A DNA stretch of 40,042 nucleotides from Bacilli bacterium (lineage in GTDB: Bacteria > Bacillota_I > Bacilli_A > RF39 > UBA660). A program made the translations under genes and the position numbers. Shown here piece by piece: positions 30,249-40,042 of the stretch. Position 1 is the stretch's first letter. The number at the start of each line of letters is the position of its first letter. Location of the stretch: NCBI GenBank assembly GCA_036649735.1, contig JAVWBB010000003.1, positions 1-40,042 of the forward strand. Direction: 5' to 3'. Under the pieces are notes generated by a model. The model was not told the DNA's origin. It searched no databases and saw only the letters and a list, made by a program, of their open reading frames with translations.

Positions 30249-31132
30249 TATTCTCCCCCAATTACTTCATAAGAATCAGTAACTACAAAAAAAGCATCGG
30301 CATCTATTTCTCTTAAACCTTCTCGTAAAACAAAATATTCTTTTGTTGGAATTACGGCAAGTAACATTGTTTTCTTATCATTACTATATCCACCTTTTAC
30401 GTTAAAGATTGTTACACTATGACCTAAAACATTAATGATATAATCCCTAACTTCTTCATCTTTACTTGTCGTTATATAAAAAGCTTTGCTCTCAGAAATA
30501 CCTAATAATACTTTATCTGTAATGACCCCAATTAAATAAAGAATAATTAAAGCATACATAAATTTTGTAAAGCCAAAGACAAATCCTCCTGCTAAAACAA
30601 TTAGTCCATCAGTCATTAACATTGCTTTTCCCATACTTATTTTTAAATATTTAGAGGCAATCTGATTTAAAATATCAGTTCCTCCGGTAGTAAATCCCGC
30701 TTTAAAGACTAATCCCGCTCCAAAGCCGTATAAAACACCACCAAATATCGCTGTTAAAAGTAAATTACTAGTATCAATATCCAAATACATATTAATATCT
30801 GCTGTTAACTTAACAAATAAAGGAAATAATAAAGTCCCTAAAATTGACATGGCTGTTTTTTCTTTACCTAAAGCAAAAAAACTAATAATAAGTAAAACTA
30901 ACGATGATATAAAAATAAATGTTGCTGGTTCAAAACCGATTAATTCTTTTACAATAATAGCTAGACCACTGACACTTCCATATACAATATTATTACTCAA
31001 AAAGAAAACGTTAAAAGTAAATGCTAAAATAAATAGTCCCAATAACAATCCTAAATATCTTCTAATTCGAAATTTCTTATAAATGTTTTTAATAATATTA
31101 TTATTTGTTATCTTTTTTTTAAACCAATTCAT
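30248..31132 (-). CDS. YitT-family membrane protein
   Basis: TTGGTDIL, multiple TMs, IDADAFFVVTDSYEVIG. Confidence 0.92.
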   Translation of the reverse strand: MNWFKKKITNNNIIKNIYKKFRIRRYLGLLLGLFILAFTFNVFFLSNNIVYGSVSGLAIIVKELIGFEPATFIFISSLVLLIISFFALGKEKTAMSILGTLLFPLFVKLTADINMYLDIDTSNLLLTAIFGGVLYGFGAGLVFKAGFTTGGTDILNQIASKYLKISMGKAMLMTDGLIVLAGGFVFGFTKFMYALIILYLIGVITDKVLLGISESKAFYITTSKDEEVRDYIINVLGHSVTIFNVKGGYSNDKKTMLLAVIPTKEYFVLREGLREIDADAFFVVTDSYEVIGGE

Positions 31133-32227
31133 AATTTATTCCCTCGCTTTAAATATTCTTCAATAAACTTATCTATATCTCCATCTAATACTTTATCGAC
31201 ATTACTAGTTTCATAATTTGTTCGATGATCTTTAATCATTGAATACGGATGTAGTACATAACTTCTAATTTGTGACCCAAACTCATTATTTAAGTGCTGT
31301 CCTTTTATCGTATCTAATTCTTCTTGTTTTTTTTCTATTTCTAATAATTTTAATTTGCTTTTAAGCATCGACATAGCCGTTTCTTTATTTTTAATTTGAC
31401 TTCTTTCATTTTGACAAGTAACTACTATTTTTGTAGGTAAATGGGTTATTCGAACGGCTGAATCAGTTGTATTTACATGTTGTCCCCCAGCACCACTAGC
31501 GCGGTAAACATCTATTTTTAAATCGGCTTCGTTTATTTCAATATCTACAACATTTTCAAAAACCGGCGTAACTTCAACTGATGCAAATGAAGTATGTCTT
31601 TTATTATTAGAATCAAATGGTGAAAGCCTTACTAAACGATGAACACCTTTTTCACATTTTAAATAACCATAGGCGTATTCGCCTTTTATTAAAAAGGAAA
31701 CCGTTTTAATTCCAACTTCTTCTCCTTCTTGATATTCTAACACTTCTATTTTATAGTTTCTTTTTTCACACCATCTTTCATACATTCGATAAAGCATGTT
31801 AGCCCAATCACAAGCTTCTGTTCCACCAGCTCCAGCATGGACCTCTAAAATACAATTATTTAAATCAAATGACCCATTTAATAATAAAGTAATTTCTAAA
31901 TTGTCTAATTCTATTTTAAAACTATTTAATTCTAAAACTAATTGGTTATATAAATCTATCTCTTCATCATTTAATAATAAAATCAATTCAATATTATTAA
32001 TAATATTCTTTTTCAAACCAACAATATTATTGGTTAATTCTTTTAAAGACTTTAATTCTTTTATAACCTCGTTCATTTCACTACTATTCCAAAAATTATC
32101 TTTTATAGTTTCATTTTCTAAATCGATAATTCTTAATAATTTATTGTCAATGTCAAAGAGACCTCCACAAATCATCTATTTTAACTAATAATTTATCATA
32201 ATTCCTACTTAATTCATTTATATCCAT
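31129..32227 (-). CDS. prfB: Peptide chain release factor 2 with programmed +1 frameshift (about 365 aa)
   Basis: SPF and GGQ motifs; upstream 24-codon ORF MDINELSRNYDKLLVKIDDLWRSL ends in GGAGGT-CT-CTT-TGA-C (32166..32152). Confidence 0.97.
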
Positions 32228-32296
32228 AATATATCTCCTATCTTTATCTTTATTATAATTTATTTAAATGATTTTTGCAAAAGAAAAGAAATACAG

Positions 32297-33277
32297 TCAA
32301 CTACGATATTTCTTTTTCCACTCATTAAAATCCCAATTAGCTAAGAATTTGTGAGCTGCATATATACCATTTTTGTATAATTCTTTACTTTCAGTCTTAG
32401 AAATAGCAAAATTAGTCGCACTTATATCTTTCTTTTGACCTTTCAAATAAACCATTGTAGAAATAGGAACAGTTCTAGCAAAATCTCCTTTTGAGATTGA
32501 AATATATTCTTTATCATAAGCATCTAAAGTTGTTGTAATAATCATTTTTAAATATTCTATAATATTAACATCATATATTTCTTTTGTTAACTTAGTAGAA
32601 TCACTGACAAATTTAAAACCAAAGGTAGGTATAAGTGTTTCTTTCTTGCCATTGTCTAATACCCAAACCGGGTAATTACTTAAAAGACCACCATCGACAA
32701 TTAAATGAGTATTACCATAATTATCAATTAGTTTAAATGGCTCATAAAATATAGGAATACTCATACTCATTCTTACAGCTTTAGCTATGCTAAATTCATC
32801 GGGATTAAGTCCAAATAGCTTTAAATCATCAGGTAAAATTAACAGCCTATTATTGGTTAAATCTGATGCCGTTACATATAATTTATATTTATGTTCTTCA
32901 GGCTTTAAAATGTTCCTTTTAATATCTTTAAATTTAACTTTTCCTTTTTTAATTAACAATTCATTTAGCCATTCTTCAAAGTAATCAGCATTATAAATTC
33001 CAAAGTCTAGTCCTATATTTAATGTTTTACCAATTATTCCAAATTTAGATAAAAAAGAAGGTTGTTTAAATTTTAAATAATTAAGAGAACCCATTATTTT
33101 AGTTATTTCCATAGTATTATATCCTACAGCAAGTAATGCCCCAATAATTGCCCCAGCTGAGGTTCCAACAATATTAATAAATTCATAATTGTTATTTTCA
33201 AAAACAGAAATAGCCCCAACTAATCCAATTCCTTTAACGCCACCACCTTCAAAAGCCCCATTACATTTAATACTCAT
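32297..33277 (-). CDS. Patatin-like phospholipase
   Basis: GGGVKG, GTSAG, DGG; start moved to MSIKC after GGAGTG. Confidence 0.93.
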   Translation of the reverse strand: MSIKCNGAFEGGGVKGIGLVGAISVFENNNYEFINIVGTSAGAIIGALLAVGYNTMEITKIMGSLNYLKFKQPSFLSKFGIIGKTLNIGLDFGIYNADYFEEWLNELLIKKGKVKFKDIKRNILKPEEHKYKLYVTASDLTNNRLLILPDDLKLFGLNPDEFSIAKAVRMSMSIPIFYEPFKLIDNYGNTHLIVDGGLLSNYPVWVLDNGKKETLIPTFGFKFVSDSTKLTKEIYDVNIIEYLKMIITTTLDAYDKEYISISKGDFARTVPISTMVYLKGQKKDISATNFAISKTESKELYKNGIYAAHKFLANWDFNEWKKKYRS

Positions 33278-33337
33278 AATTATCACTCCACTGTAACATA
33301 TGAATATTTTGTAATTGTAATGATTAAAATTACCCAT

Positions 33338-33360
33338 AAAAAAAGCCTTTTATGGCTTTT
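33338..33360 (-). terminator. Terminator after GGDEF gene
   Basis: AGCC-ataaaa-GGCT followed by a T run. Confidence 0.55.
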
Positions 33361-34963
33361 CAATACTATCTAATTTTTTTGTATATACTATGTAATTAAC
33401 TTTACCTTTATTAGATTTAGCTTTATACATAGCTGTATCTGCTTTTTTCATTAGTTTACTATAAATATCTTCATTATTAGAAAAAGCTACTCCAATACTA
33501 GCGGATACTTTAGCATCACTATTTTCTATTATTATCATGTTATTTATATCATTATAAATATTACATAACATATCTAAAACCTCTTTCTTTGATGCATAAA
33601 TATCTATAAAGCCATAAAACTCATCCCCACCTAAACGACTAAACAAAATATTTTTACTTTGATACTTATTAAGTATTTCGGCCGTTTTAATAAGAACAAT
33701 ATCACCCACATCATGACCATAAGTATCATTTATTTTCTTAAAGCCATCTAAATCCAACATAATAGCTGCTTGTTTTTCTCCTTTTACAAATCTCTGCTTC
33801 ATTACTCTATAAATAGCTTGTCTATTGGGAATATTAGTTAATACGTCAACAAAAGCATGATATTCTAAATCTTTTTGAGACTTATTTAAATTCTCAGCCA
33901 TAATATTTATATCATCATACAGTTGTTTAAATTCATCATCATTGTTGTATCTTGTTCGATATGTTAAATTACCACTGGCAATTTTTTTAATATTATTAGA
34001 TAAATCTACTAATGGCGTAATTAACTTTTTAACTGTCTTAATACTTATATGAGTTGATATTGCATAAACAATTGTCGTCAACATTAAAATAAGCATACTA
34101 ACTCTAATAGCCTCAGCAAATACTTCTTTTTCATTAATAGTTGCAACTACTACCCAATTATTATGATAAACTGTATGATAACTAGCTAAAATAGATGTAT
34201 TTTCTTTATCATAACTAATAAAACCCGCTTTTTTTTCCAACTTATTTTGCTTAACATTATTTAACAAATTAATCAATTGCTTATTATGTGGTGTTTTATT
34301 AATCTCTCCTACATAATCCTTATAATAGTGACTAATTATTTCCCCATCATTATCTATTACATACAAATAACCAGATATTCCTAGTTTATAATTACGAATA
34401 CTAGAAATTACATAATCCATATTAAAAAAGTTGACAATTAACCCTATTGGTTTATTAAATTGATCTAAAATAGGAGCACTCACAACAATTTCTTTAGCGT
34501 TATTCTTTTTTTTATTTAATTGCCAATTATATTTTTCTGAAAAATTAAAATATTTTTCTAATTTGACATTTGTTCCTTCATAGTCTTTGTCTGATGAGCA
34601 AATTACTTTTCCATTTAAATCAACTATGGCACTTCTATTCATATAAATACTAGTTTTATTAGACAGTTCTAATAATCGACTAACATCTGTGTATAAGTGA
34701 TTATCTACTATATTTTGTTTATTAGAAATATCTAATAATTGTTTATATGATTCAATTTCTTTAGAATATATAATTGTGTTTATTTGTTCAGTGTAATAAT
34801 TGTTTATTTGCTTAGAAACCGCTAATGCAAGGTCCTTTAAATACCGTTTATTAGTATTAAAAGCGGAGTAAGAAATAGATATAAAAGTAATTACCGATAT
34901 TAAAACAAGTGGCACTACAGCCAATGATATTAATAATTTAGGCATTTCTTTTTTAACATTCAT
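33350..34963 (-). CDS. Membrane diguanylate cyclase (TM-dCache-TM-HAMP-GGDEF)
   Basis: DVLTNIPNR, DLDGFKKINDTYGH, RLGGDEF, ADTAMY; Cache motif GYLYVIDNDGEIISH. Confidence 0.93.
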   Translation of the reverse strand: MNVKKEMPKLLISLAVVPLVLISVITFISISYSAFNTNKRYLKDLALAVSKQINNYYTEQINTIIYSKEIESYKQLLDISNKQNIVDNHLYTDVSRLLELSNKTSIYMNRSAIVDLNGKVICSSDKDYEGTNVKLEKYFNFSEKYNWQLNKKKNNAKEIVVSAPILDQFNKPIGLIVNFFNMDYVISSIRNYKLGISGYLYVIDNDGEIISHYYKDYVGEINKTPHNKQLINLLNNVKQNKLEKKAGFISYDKENTSILASYHTVYHNNWVVVATINEKEVFAEAIRVSMLILMLTTIVYAISTHISIKTVKKLITPLVDLSNNIKKIASGNLTYRTRYNNDDEFKQLYDDINIMAENLNKSQKDLEYHAFVDVLTNIPNRQAIYRVMKQRFVKGEKQAAIMLDLDGFKKINDTYGHDVGDIVLIKTAEILNKYQSKNILFSRLGGDEFYGFIDIYASKKEVLDMLCNIYNDINNMIIIENSDAKVSASIGVAFSNNEDIYSKLMKKADTAMYKAKSNKGKVNYIVYTKKLDSIEKP

Positions 34964-35248
34964 ATTGTTAATCTCCCTTTAAATATTTCCTAAATATTTA
35001 TTATGGGTATAATTCTTATTAATAGTACTTAATAATATCTTTATAGCCATAATTTAATACACGAAGAATTTTATAATTATTTTTAATTACAAAATTTTAC
35101 TGCTATAAATGAATTATATTCTTTAACTCAATATAATAATTATAAAGCTCATCTTAACTAAAGTAAAGAACTATCTTTTTTTATAAAAATCATGTTTTTA
35201 AAGATTGCTAATAAGGTGTTTAAATTTTGTAATCTAAGACATTATATC

Positions 35249-35276
35249 AAAATAAAAGCCCTTATAAAATAAGAGC
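35249..35276 (-). terminator. tmRNA terminator
   Basis: GCTCTTAT-ttt-ATAAGGGC followed by TTTTATTTT. Confidence 0.75.
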
Positions 35277-35287
35277 TGCATTATTCA

Positions 35288-35630
35288 TGGTGGAACCGAG
35301 GAGAATTGAACTCCTGTCCGAAACCATTAACCTAAGACCTCTACAAGCTTATTTAACTTGATTTATTTTGTTATATAAACTCAAATTAGCGAAAATTTAA
35401 ATAACTAGTTTAGTAAAATTCATTATATTCCCTAAACATAAATATAATATAACCTACTTTAATGAGTCTCTAAAATTCCTCGTAGATAAAGAAATAATAG
35501 AAACGCCCTCTCTTATATTAAGCGAAAGCTAATTGATTATTGTTTCCAGTTATTAAACTGATACATTTAACGATTGCCATCGGCTTGCTAGTCTTAACCT
35601 AATTAATCCCGTCGAAACCAAATCGGCCCC
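35288..35630 (-). ncRNA. ssrA: tmRNA (343 nt), tag (A)GNNNQLAFA
   Basis: 5' GGGGCCGAUUUGGUUUCGACGGG; 3' GACAGGAGUUCAAUUCUCCUCGGUUCCACCA with G3-U pair; resume context AUAACU-GGA. Confidence 0.97.
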
Positions 35631-35663
35631 ATTAATAGATTTTACCATTAAAAAAGAGAAAAT

Positions 35664-35888
35664 TCAATCATTTACTCTTTTATTTCTAAATAATTTTAAA
35701 GCATTATCAAACTCTTGTTCATTATCTAAGCCAATTAAATCTTGATTATTTATTAATTTTCTAATACAAAAATCATTTGAATCCAAAGCATTTGTTAAAT
35801 AAACATATTTAAAATCATTGTATGGTATTTCATCGATAATAATATAATTATTATTATCCTCTAATAAAATAGTATTAATATCATTCAT
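35664..35888 (-). CDS. Small acidic protein, DUF1292-like
   Basis: YIIIDEI...KYVYL...LIGLDNEQEFD pattern; start overlaps upstream stop. Confidence 0.7.
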   Translation of the reverse strand: MNDINTILLEDNNNYIIIDEIPYNDFKYVYLTNALDSNDFCIRKLINNQDLIGLDNEQEFDNALKLFRNKRVND

Positions 35889-36403
35889 TATTTTATATTA
35901 CCTTTCTTGGCTTCTAACAACCTTGCTTCTTCATAATTAACCCATACTGTCATCGATGGATGACCTTCTGAATCAAAATAACCATTCATTGATAAATAAT
36001 TATTAAAGTCTGTATATCCTAATGCTCTAACTACTTTTTCTGCTTCCATTTTTCCTAAATATATAGTAAACCCATATAAATCATCTTCGCATAAATCTTC
36101 TATTTTACCGTAAGAATTACGCCAATTACCATTGTCTGGTACGACAAATAAATCATTTTCAACTAATTTTGTATTAGCCTTTATACTTTCTTGTGTTTGA
36201 ATACTTTTAATTTCCGAAAAGCGTTCAACATTATCTGCAACTTTTTTCACACCCATTCCCATAATTGCTATAACTGCCGTAGCTAAAAATACTGCAACTG
36301 TTCTTCTTACAATATATTTAGTTTCTAATTTTTTCCTTTTTCCATAATCTGTTTTGGGAACATTAATACTCTTTTTTAAACTGTTTTGATAATTTTTTTC
36401 CAT
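35888..36403 (-). CDS. Hypothetical single-pass membrane protein
   Basis: Basic N-terminus, one TM (VAVFLATAVIAIMGMGV); start MEKNY after GGAGGT, 2 bp after the secA stop. Confidence 0.75.
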   Translation of the reverse strand: MEKNYQNSLKKSINVPKTDYGKRKKLETKYIVRRTVAVFLATAVIAIMGMGVKKVADNVERFSEIKSIQTQESIKANTKLVENDLFVVPDNGNWRNSYGKIEDLCEDDLYGFTIYLGKMEAEKVVRALGYTDFNNYLSMNGYFDSEGHPSMTVWVNYEEARLLEAKKGNIK

Positions 36404-36405
36404 TT

Positions 36406-38898
36406 TTACCTCCCACAACAATGCTTATATTTTTTACCACTTCCACAAGGACATAAATCATTTCGCCCTATTTTATCTACAGTTTTAGGTTTTTGTTTTA
36501 CCCCATCCTTGCCATCATTAGTAAGTAGTTTCTTTGGCTTTTTCTCTACCTTTTGTTCAATAGATACTTCAGCTTTTATTAAAAACATAGTAATATCTTT
36601 ATCTATTTTTTGTAGCATCTCATCAAATAAATTATATCCTTCCGATGTATAAGCAATTAAAGGATCTTCTTGAGCATAACTTCTTAAATGTATTCCTTCT
36701 CTTAGATGTGACATTGTATTAATATGTTCCATCCAATGTTGATCAATAACCATAATACATACTGATTTTTCAAATTCATTAATCGCATCACTTGGCAATT
36801 TTTTTAATTTTTCATCATATTCTAAAACCAAAATATCTGTTAATTTATCAATTACAGCATCGGGTTTTAAGCCTACTAAAATATCAGATTTAATATCATT
36901 AATTAATAAGTTTTCATTAACCATAACAACTATTTTATCTAAATCATCAGTTGAAATTGTTCCATCTACAGATAAATGAGCATTTACAATATCCATTATA
37001 TGATTTTTAAAAACGCCTAAAACTATTTCTCTCACTGACTCATTATCTAAAACTTGATTTCTCTTAGCATACATTATTTCACGGTGATTATTCATAATAT
37101 CATCATATTGTAATAATTGTTTACGACTATCAAAGTTATTACCTTCAACGCGAGATTGAGCAGTTGATATTGAACTTGTAAATACCTTACTTTTAATTGC
37201 TTGGGTTTCAGGGAAACCAAAGTTTTGCATTAATTCTTTAATTCTATCTGATCCAAATCTAACCATTAATTCATCTTCCATAGAAACATAGAATTGACTA
37301 AATCCTGGATCTCCTTGACGACCAGACCTTCCTCTTAATTGATTATCGATACGACGAGACTCATGTCTTTCCGTACCAATTACACACAACCCTCCAAGTT
37401 CTTTAACTCCCTCGCCTAATTTAATATCTGTCCCACGCCCAGCCATATTAGTAGCAATTGTAACAGAACCCCTCGAACCAGCTTTTGCTATAATCTCAGC
37501 TTCACGAGCATGATTTTTAGCATTTAATATTTCATGAGGGATTTTTCTTTTATGCAATAATTCACTAATTAGTTCACTTGTTTCAATAGCAATTGTACCA
37601 ACAAGAACCGGTTGTCCTTTTTCATGCCTCGCTGCTATTTCATCAATAATGGCAGTGTACTTTCCTTTTTTAGTCGAATAAACTAAATCTGGTTCATCTA
37701 TTCTTATAATATCTTTATTAGTTGGAATACATATTACAAACATATTATAAATGTTTCTAAATTCTTCTTCTTCCGTTTTGGCAGTTCCAGTCATTCCTGA
37801 TAATTTTTTATACATTCTAAATAAGTTTTGGAAAGTAATTGTTGCCAAAGTTTTAGTCTCTTCTTGAACTTTTACGCCTTCTTTTGCTTCAATTGCTTGG
37901 TGAAGTCCATCACTAAAAGCACGTCCTATCATTAAACGCCCTGTAAATTGATCGACAATGACTATTTCACCTTCTTGAACAACATAATCAATATCGTTTT
38001 TCATTGAATAATTAGCGCGCAAAGCTTGGTTGATAAAATGAACTTGTGTATTATTTTCCATATCATAAAGATTGGCTAAGTGAAAATGTTCTTCAGCTTT
38101 TTTTGTTCCTTCATCTGTTAAATTAACACTTTTTGTTTTTTCATCATAAATGTAATCAACATCAACTTTTAATTTCTTAGCAAAAGAATCGGCATCTACA
38201 TAATAATTAGCCCCTTGAAATACTCCTCCTGAAATAATTAAAGGCGTTCTAGCTTCATCAATCAACACTGAATCCACTTCATCAATTATTGCAAAATTAA
38301 GTGGTCTTTGAACTCTATTTTCACTTTTTTCCACCATGTTATCTCTTAAATAGTCAAACCCTATTTCATTATTTGTCGAATATAAAATATCACACGAATA
38401 AGCCTCTTGTTTTTCAGCAGGGGTCATTGTTCTTAAATTAACGCCTACAGTTAATCCTAAAAAGCGATATATTTCCCCCATCCAATTTGAATCACGTTCA
38501 GCAAGATATTCATTAACTGTTACAATATGAACACCCTTATTAGTTAAAGCATTAAGATAAGCCGGAAGAACAGAAGTAAGCGTTTTCCCTTCTCCTGTTT
38601 TCATCTCAGAAATATTACCATAGTGAATAGCTAATCCTCCTAAAAGTTGAACATAAAAGGGTTTTTCACCAATTACACGAAATGCTGCTTCACGAGCAGT
38701 TGCAAAAGCTTCAACTAAAACGTCTTCAATATCTGTTCCATTAGCTACTTTTTCTTTTAATTTAATTGTATTTTCTTTCAATTGTGCATCTGATAATTTT
38801 TGCATATCTAAGTCCATAGCCTCAATCTTATCAGCTATTTTTATAAATCTACTCAATTCTTTATATTCATGATCAAATAATTTTTTTAATATCTTCAT
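36406..38898 (-). CDS. secA: Preprotein translocase subunit SecA
   Basis: EMKTGEGKT, DEVD, ATNMAGRGTDI, QLRGRSGRQGD, SEC-C motif GRNDLCPCGSGKKYKHCC. Confidence 0.99.
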   Translation of the reverse strand: MKILKKLFDHEYKELSRFIKIADKIEAMDLDMQKLSDAQLKENTIKLKEKVANGTDIEDVLVEAFATAREAAFRVIGEKPFYVQLLGGLAIHYGNISEMKTGEGKTLTSVLPAYLNALTNKGVHIVTVNEYLAERDSNWMGEIYRFLGLTVGVNLRTMTPAEKQEAYSCDILYSTNNEIGFDYLRDNMVEKSENRVQRPLNFAIIDEVDSVLIDEARTPLIISGGVFQGANYYVDADSFAKKLKVDVDYIYDEKTKSVNLTDEGTKKAEEHFHLANLYDMENNTQVHFINQALRANYSMKNDIDYVVQEGEIVIVDQFTGRLMIGRAFSDGLHQAIEAKEGVKVQEETKTLATITFQNLFRMYKKLSGMTGTAKTEEEEFRNIYNMFVICIPTNKDIIRIDEPDLVYSTKKGKYTAIIDEIAARHEKGQPVLVGTIAIETSELISELLHKRKIPHEILNAKNHAREAEIIAKAGSRGSVTIATNMAGRGTDIKLGEGVKELGGLCVIGTERHESRRIDNQLRGRSGRQGDPGFSQFYVSMEDELMVRFGSDRIKELMQNFGFPETQAIKSKVFTSSISTAQSRVEGNNFDSRKQLLQYDDIMNNHREIMYAKRNQVLDNESVREIVLGVFKNHIMDIVNAHLSVDGTISTDDLDKIVVMVNENLLINDIKSDILVGLKPDAVIDKLTDILVLEYDEKLKKLPSDAINEFEKSVCIMVIDQHWMEHINTMSHLREGIHLRSYAQEDPLIAYTSEGYNLFDEMLQKIDKDITMFLIKAEVSIEQKVEKKPKKLLTNDGKDGVKQKPKTVDKIGRNDLCPCGSGKKYKHCCGR

Positions 38899-39007
38899 TA
38901 TGTCATCTCCTAATACCTATTATTCTACCAAAATTTTACTAATAATAAAAGTATTTTCCACTTTAATCAACTTAATAAATATTTAATATGAAATATATAT
39001 GTAATTT

Positions 39008-39817
39008 CTAATTAATTTCTAAATATTCTTCTAATGTTTTACCACTATTATATATTTTAGTAGCTAGATCAATCCCAACATACCTAATATGCCAAGGCTC
39101 ATACATATATCCTGTTATTGCTTCTTTATTCTCAGGATATCTGATAATAAAGCCATACTTATGACAATTGTTTTTTAACCAAATTCCTTCTAAAGTATTC
39201 GCATAGTTTTGATTTAAACTAGTTATATCAAAAGCAAGTCCAGTTTGATGCTCTGATTCTCCTGCTTTAGCCGAAAATCTATTTGCTTCGGTTATTCCAT
39301 GTAAATTAGCATAGTCATTAAATAATTTTTGTTGATATGAAAAACTTCTAAAACTAGATATTATTGTCAGTGGAAATTTGCTATCTTTTTTCATATTAGC
39401 ATGTGCATCTAATGCCACTTTTTGCACATTAGGGTTATATGTACTTGGTAAATGATACTTTTTATTAACTATCAATACCCCTTTAACATAAGTTATCCCA
39501 TCAACAACACTAATTTTTTTCATTACGGTTACTTTCTTAAGTATTTCTGTTTTATTACCGCTTTTGTCTTTGGCACTATATTTAATCGTATAAACCCCAG
39601 CTTTTTTATTGTCAACATCATCACTCACAAGAACTTTTATGTCTTTATCTGCGTTATCGGTTACCTCATATTCAAGTGTAGGAACAATGTCTCCTTCATA
39701 TATAACTATGTCTTTAGAATCTTTTAAAGTAATTATTGGTTTTTCATTATCAAGTACTTTATTAGAACAACCACTTATAAACATACTAATAATTAGTATT
39801 AATATCATCTTTTTCAT
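39008..39817 (-). CDS. Lipoprotein M15B (VanY/LdcB-like) carboxypeptidase with Ig-like domain
   Basis: Lipobox ISGC; DUF5011-like Ig repeat (GVYTIKYSAKDKSGN); SEHQTGLAFD and EPWH zinc motifs. Confidence 0.92.
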   Translation of the reverse strand: MKKMILILIISMFISGCSNKVLDNEKPIITLKDSKDIVIYEGDIVPTLEYEVTDNADKDIKVLVSDDVDNKKAGVYTIKYSAKDKSGNKTEILKKVTVMKKISVVDGITYVKGVLIVNKKYHLPSTYNPNVQKVALDAHANMKKDSKFPLTIISSFRSFSYQQKLFNDYANLHGITEANRFSAKAGESEHQTGLAFDITSLNQNYANTLEGIWLKNNCHKYGFIIRYPENKEAITGYMYEPWHIRYVGIDLATKIYNSGKTLEEYLEIN

Positions 39818-40042
39818 CTTTTCCTCTTTCCTTATTATAATATTCATCAATTAATTATATATATTATACTATTTTTAACAAATAAATAATAGACTAAAAT
39901 TTTAAAAATCCTGTATTTATAACAAAAAAGATAAAATAAATTATCTTTTATAATATAAGACATTCACATTTTAAATTAGTTACTATAATTAATAATGGAC
40001 TTTATCAAATAATATTTGACAAATACAAAGCATTGATATAGT

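Noticed and set aside
34964-35248. c-di-GMP riboswitch, att site or small ORF between ssrA and the GGDEF gene
   Set aside because: No GEMM-like motif, no copy of the tmRNA 3' end and no convincing ORF; simply AT-rich
35288-35322. Stand-alone tRNA
   Set aside because: T-arm and CCA belong to the tRNA-like domain of tmRNA; no anticodon arm

Overview
Very AT-rich chromosomal segment (roughly a quarter G+C by eye). It uses the standard code: TGA is a stop and prfB is present. The host is a small-genome Bacillota/Bacilli organism; gene style suggests an RF39-like uncultured lineage (inference). Nearly everything is on the - strand and follows a thinned Bacillus-type backbone: secA, prfB, YitT pair, uvrB, uvrA, yvlD-like, lgt, trxB, yvcK, whiA, clpP (opposite strand), gap. 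Inserted into it are tmRNA, a dCache-HAMP-GGDEF cyclase plus a patatin, an AAA_14/DUF4143 ATPase-nuclease cassette between uvrB and uvrA preceded by a 33-bp tandem repeat, a two-component/DUF1287/MacB-type ABC cluster, and a mitochondrial-type Tam41 CDP-DAG synthase. Features the ORF track misses: tmRNA (tag AGNNNQLAFA), the prfB +1 frameshift, a frameshifted ORF after whiA, a 170-nt 6S-like rod after trpS, a structured uvrB leader and a Pho/WalR-like box. No CRISPR array, transposase, integrase, rRNA or tRNA was seen. All calls come from motif recognition by eye; no database search was run.
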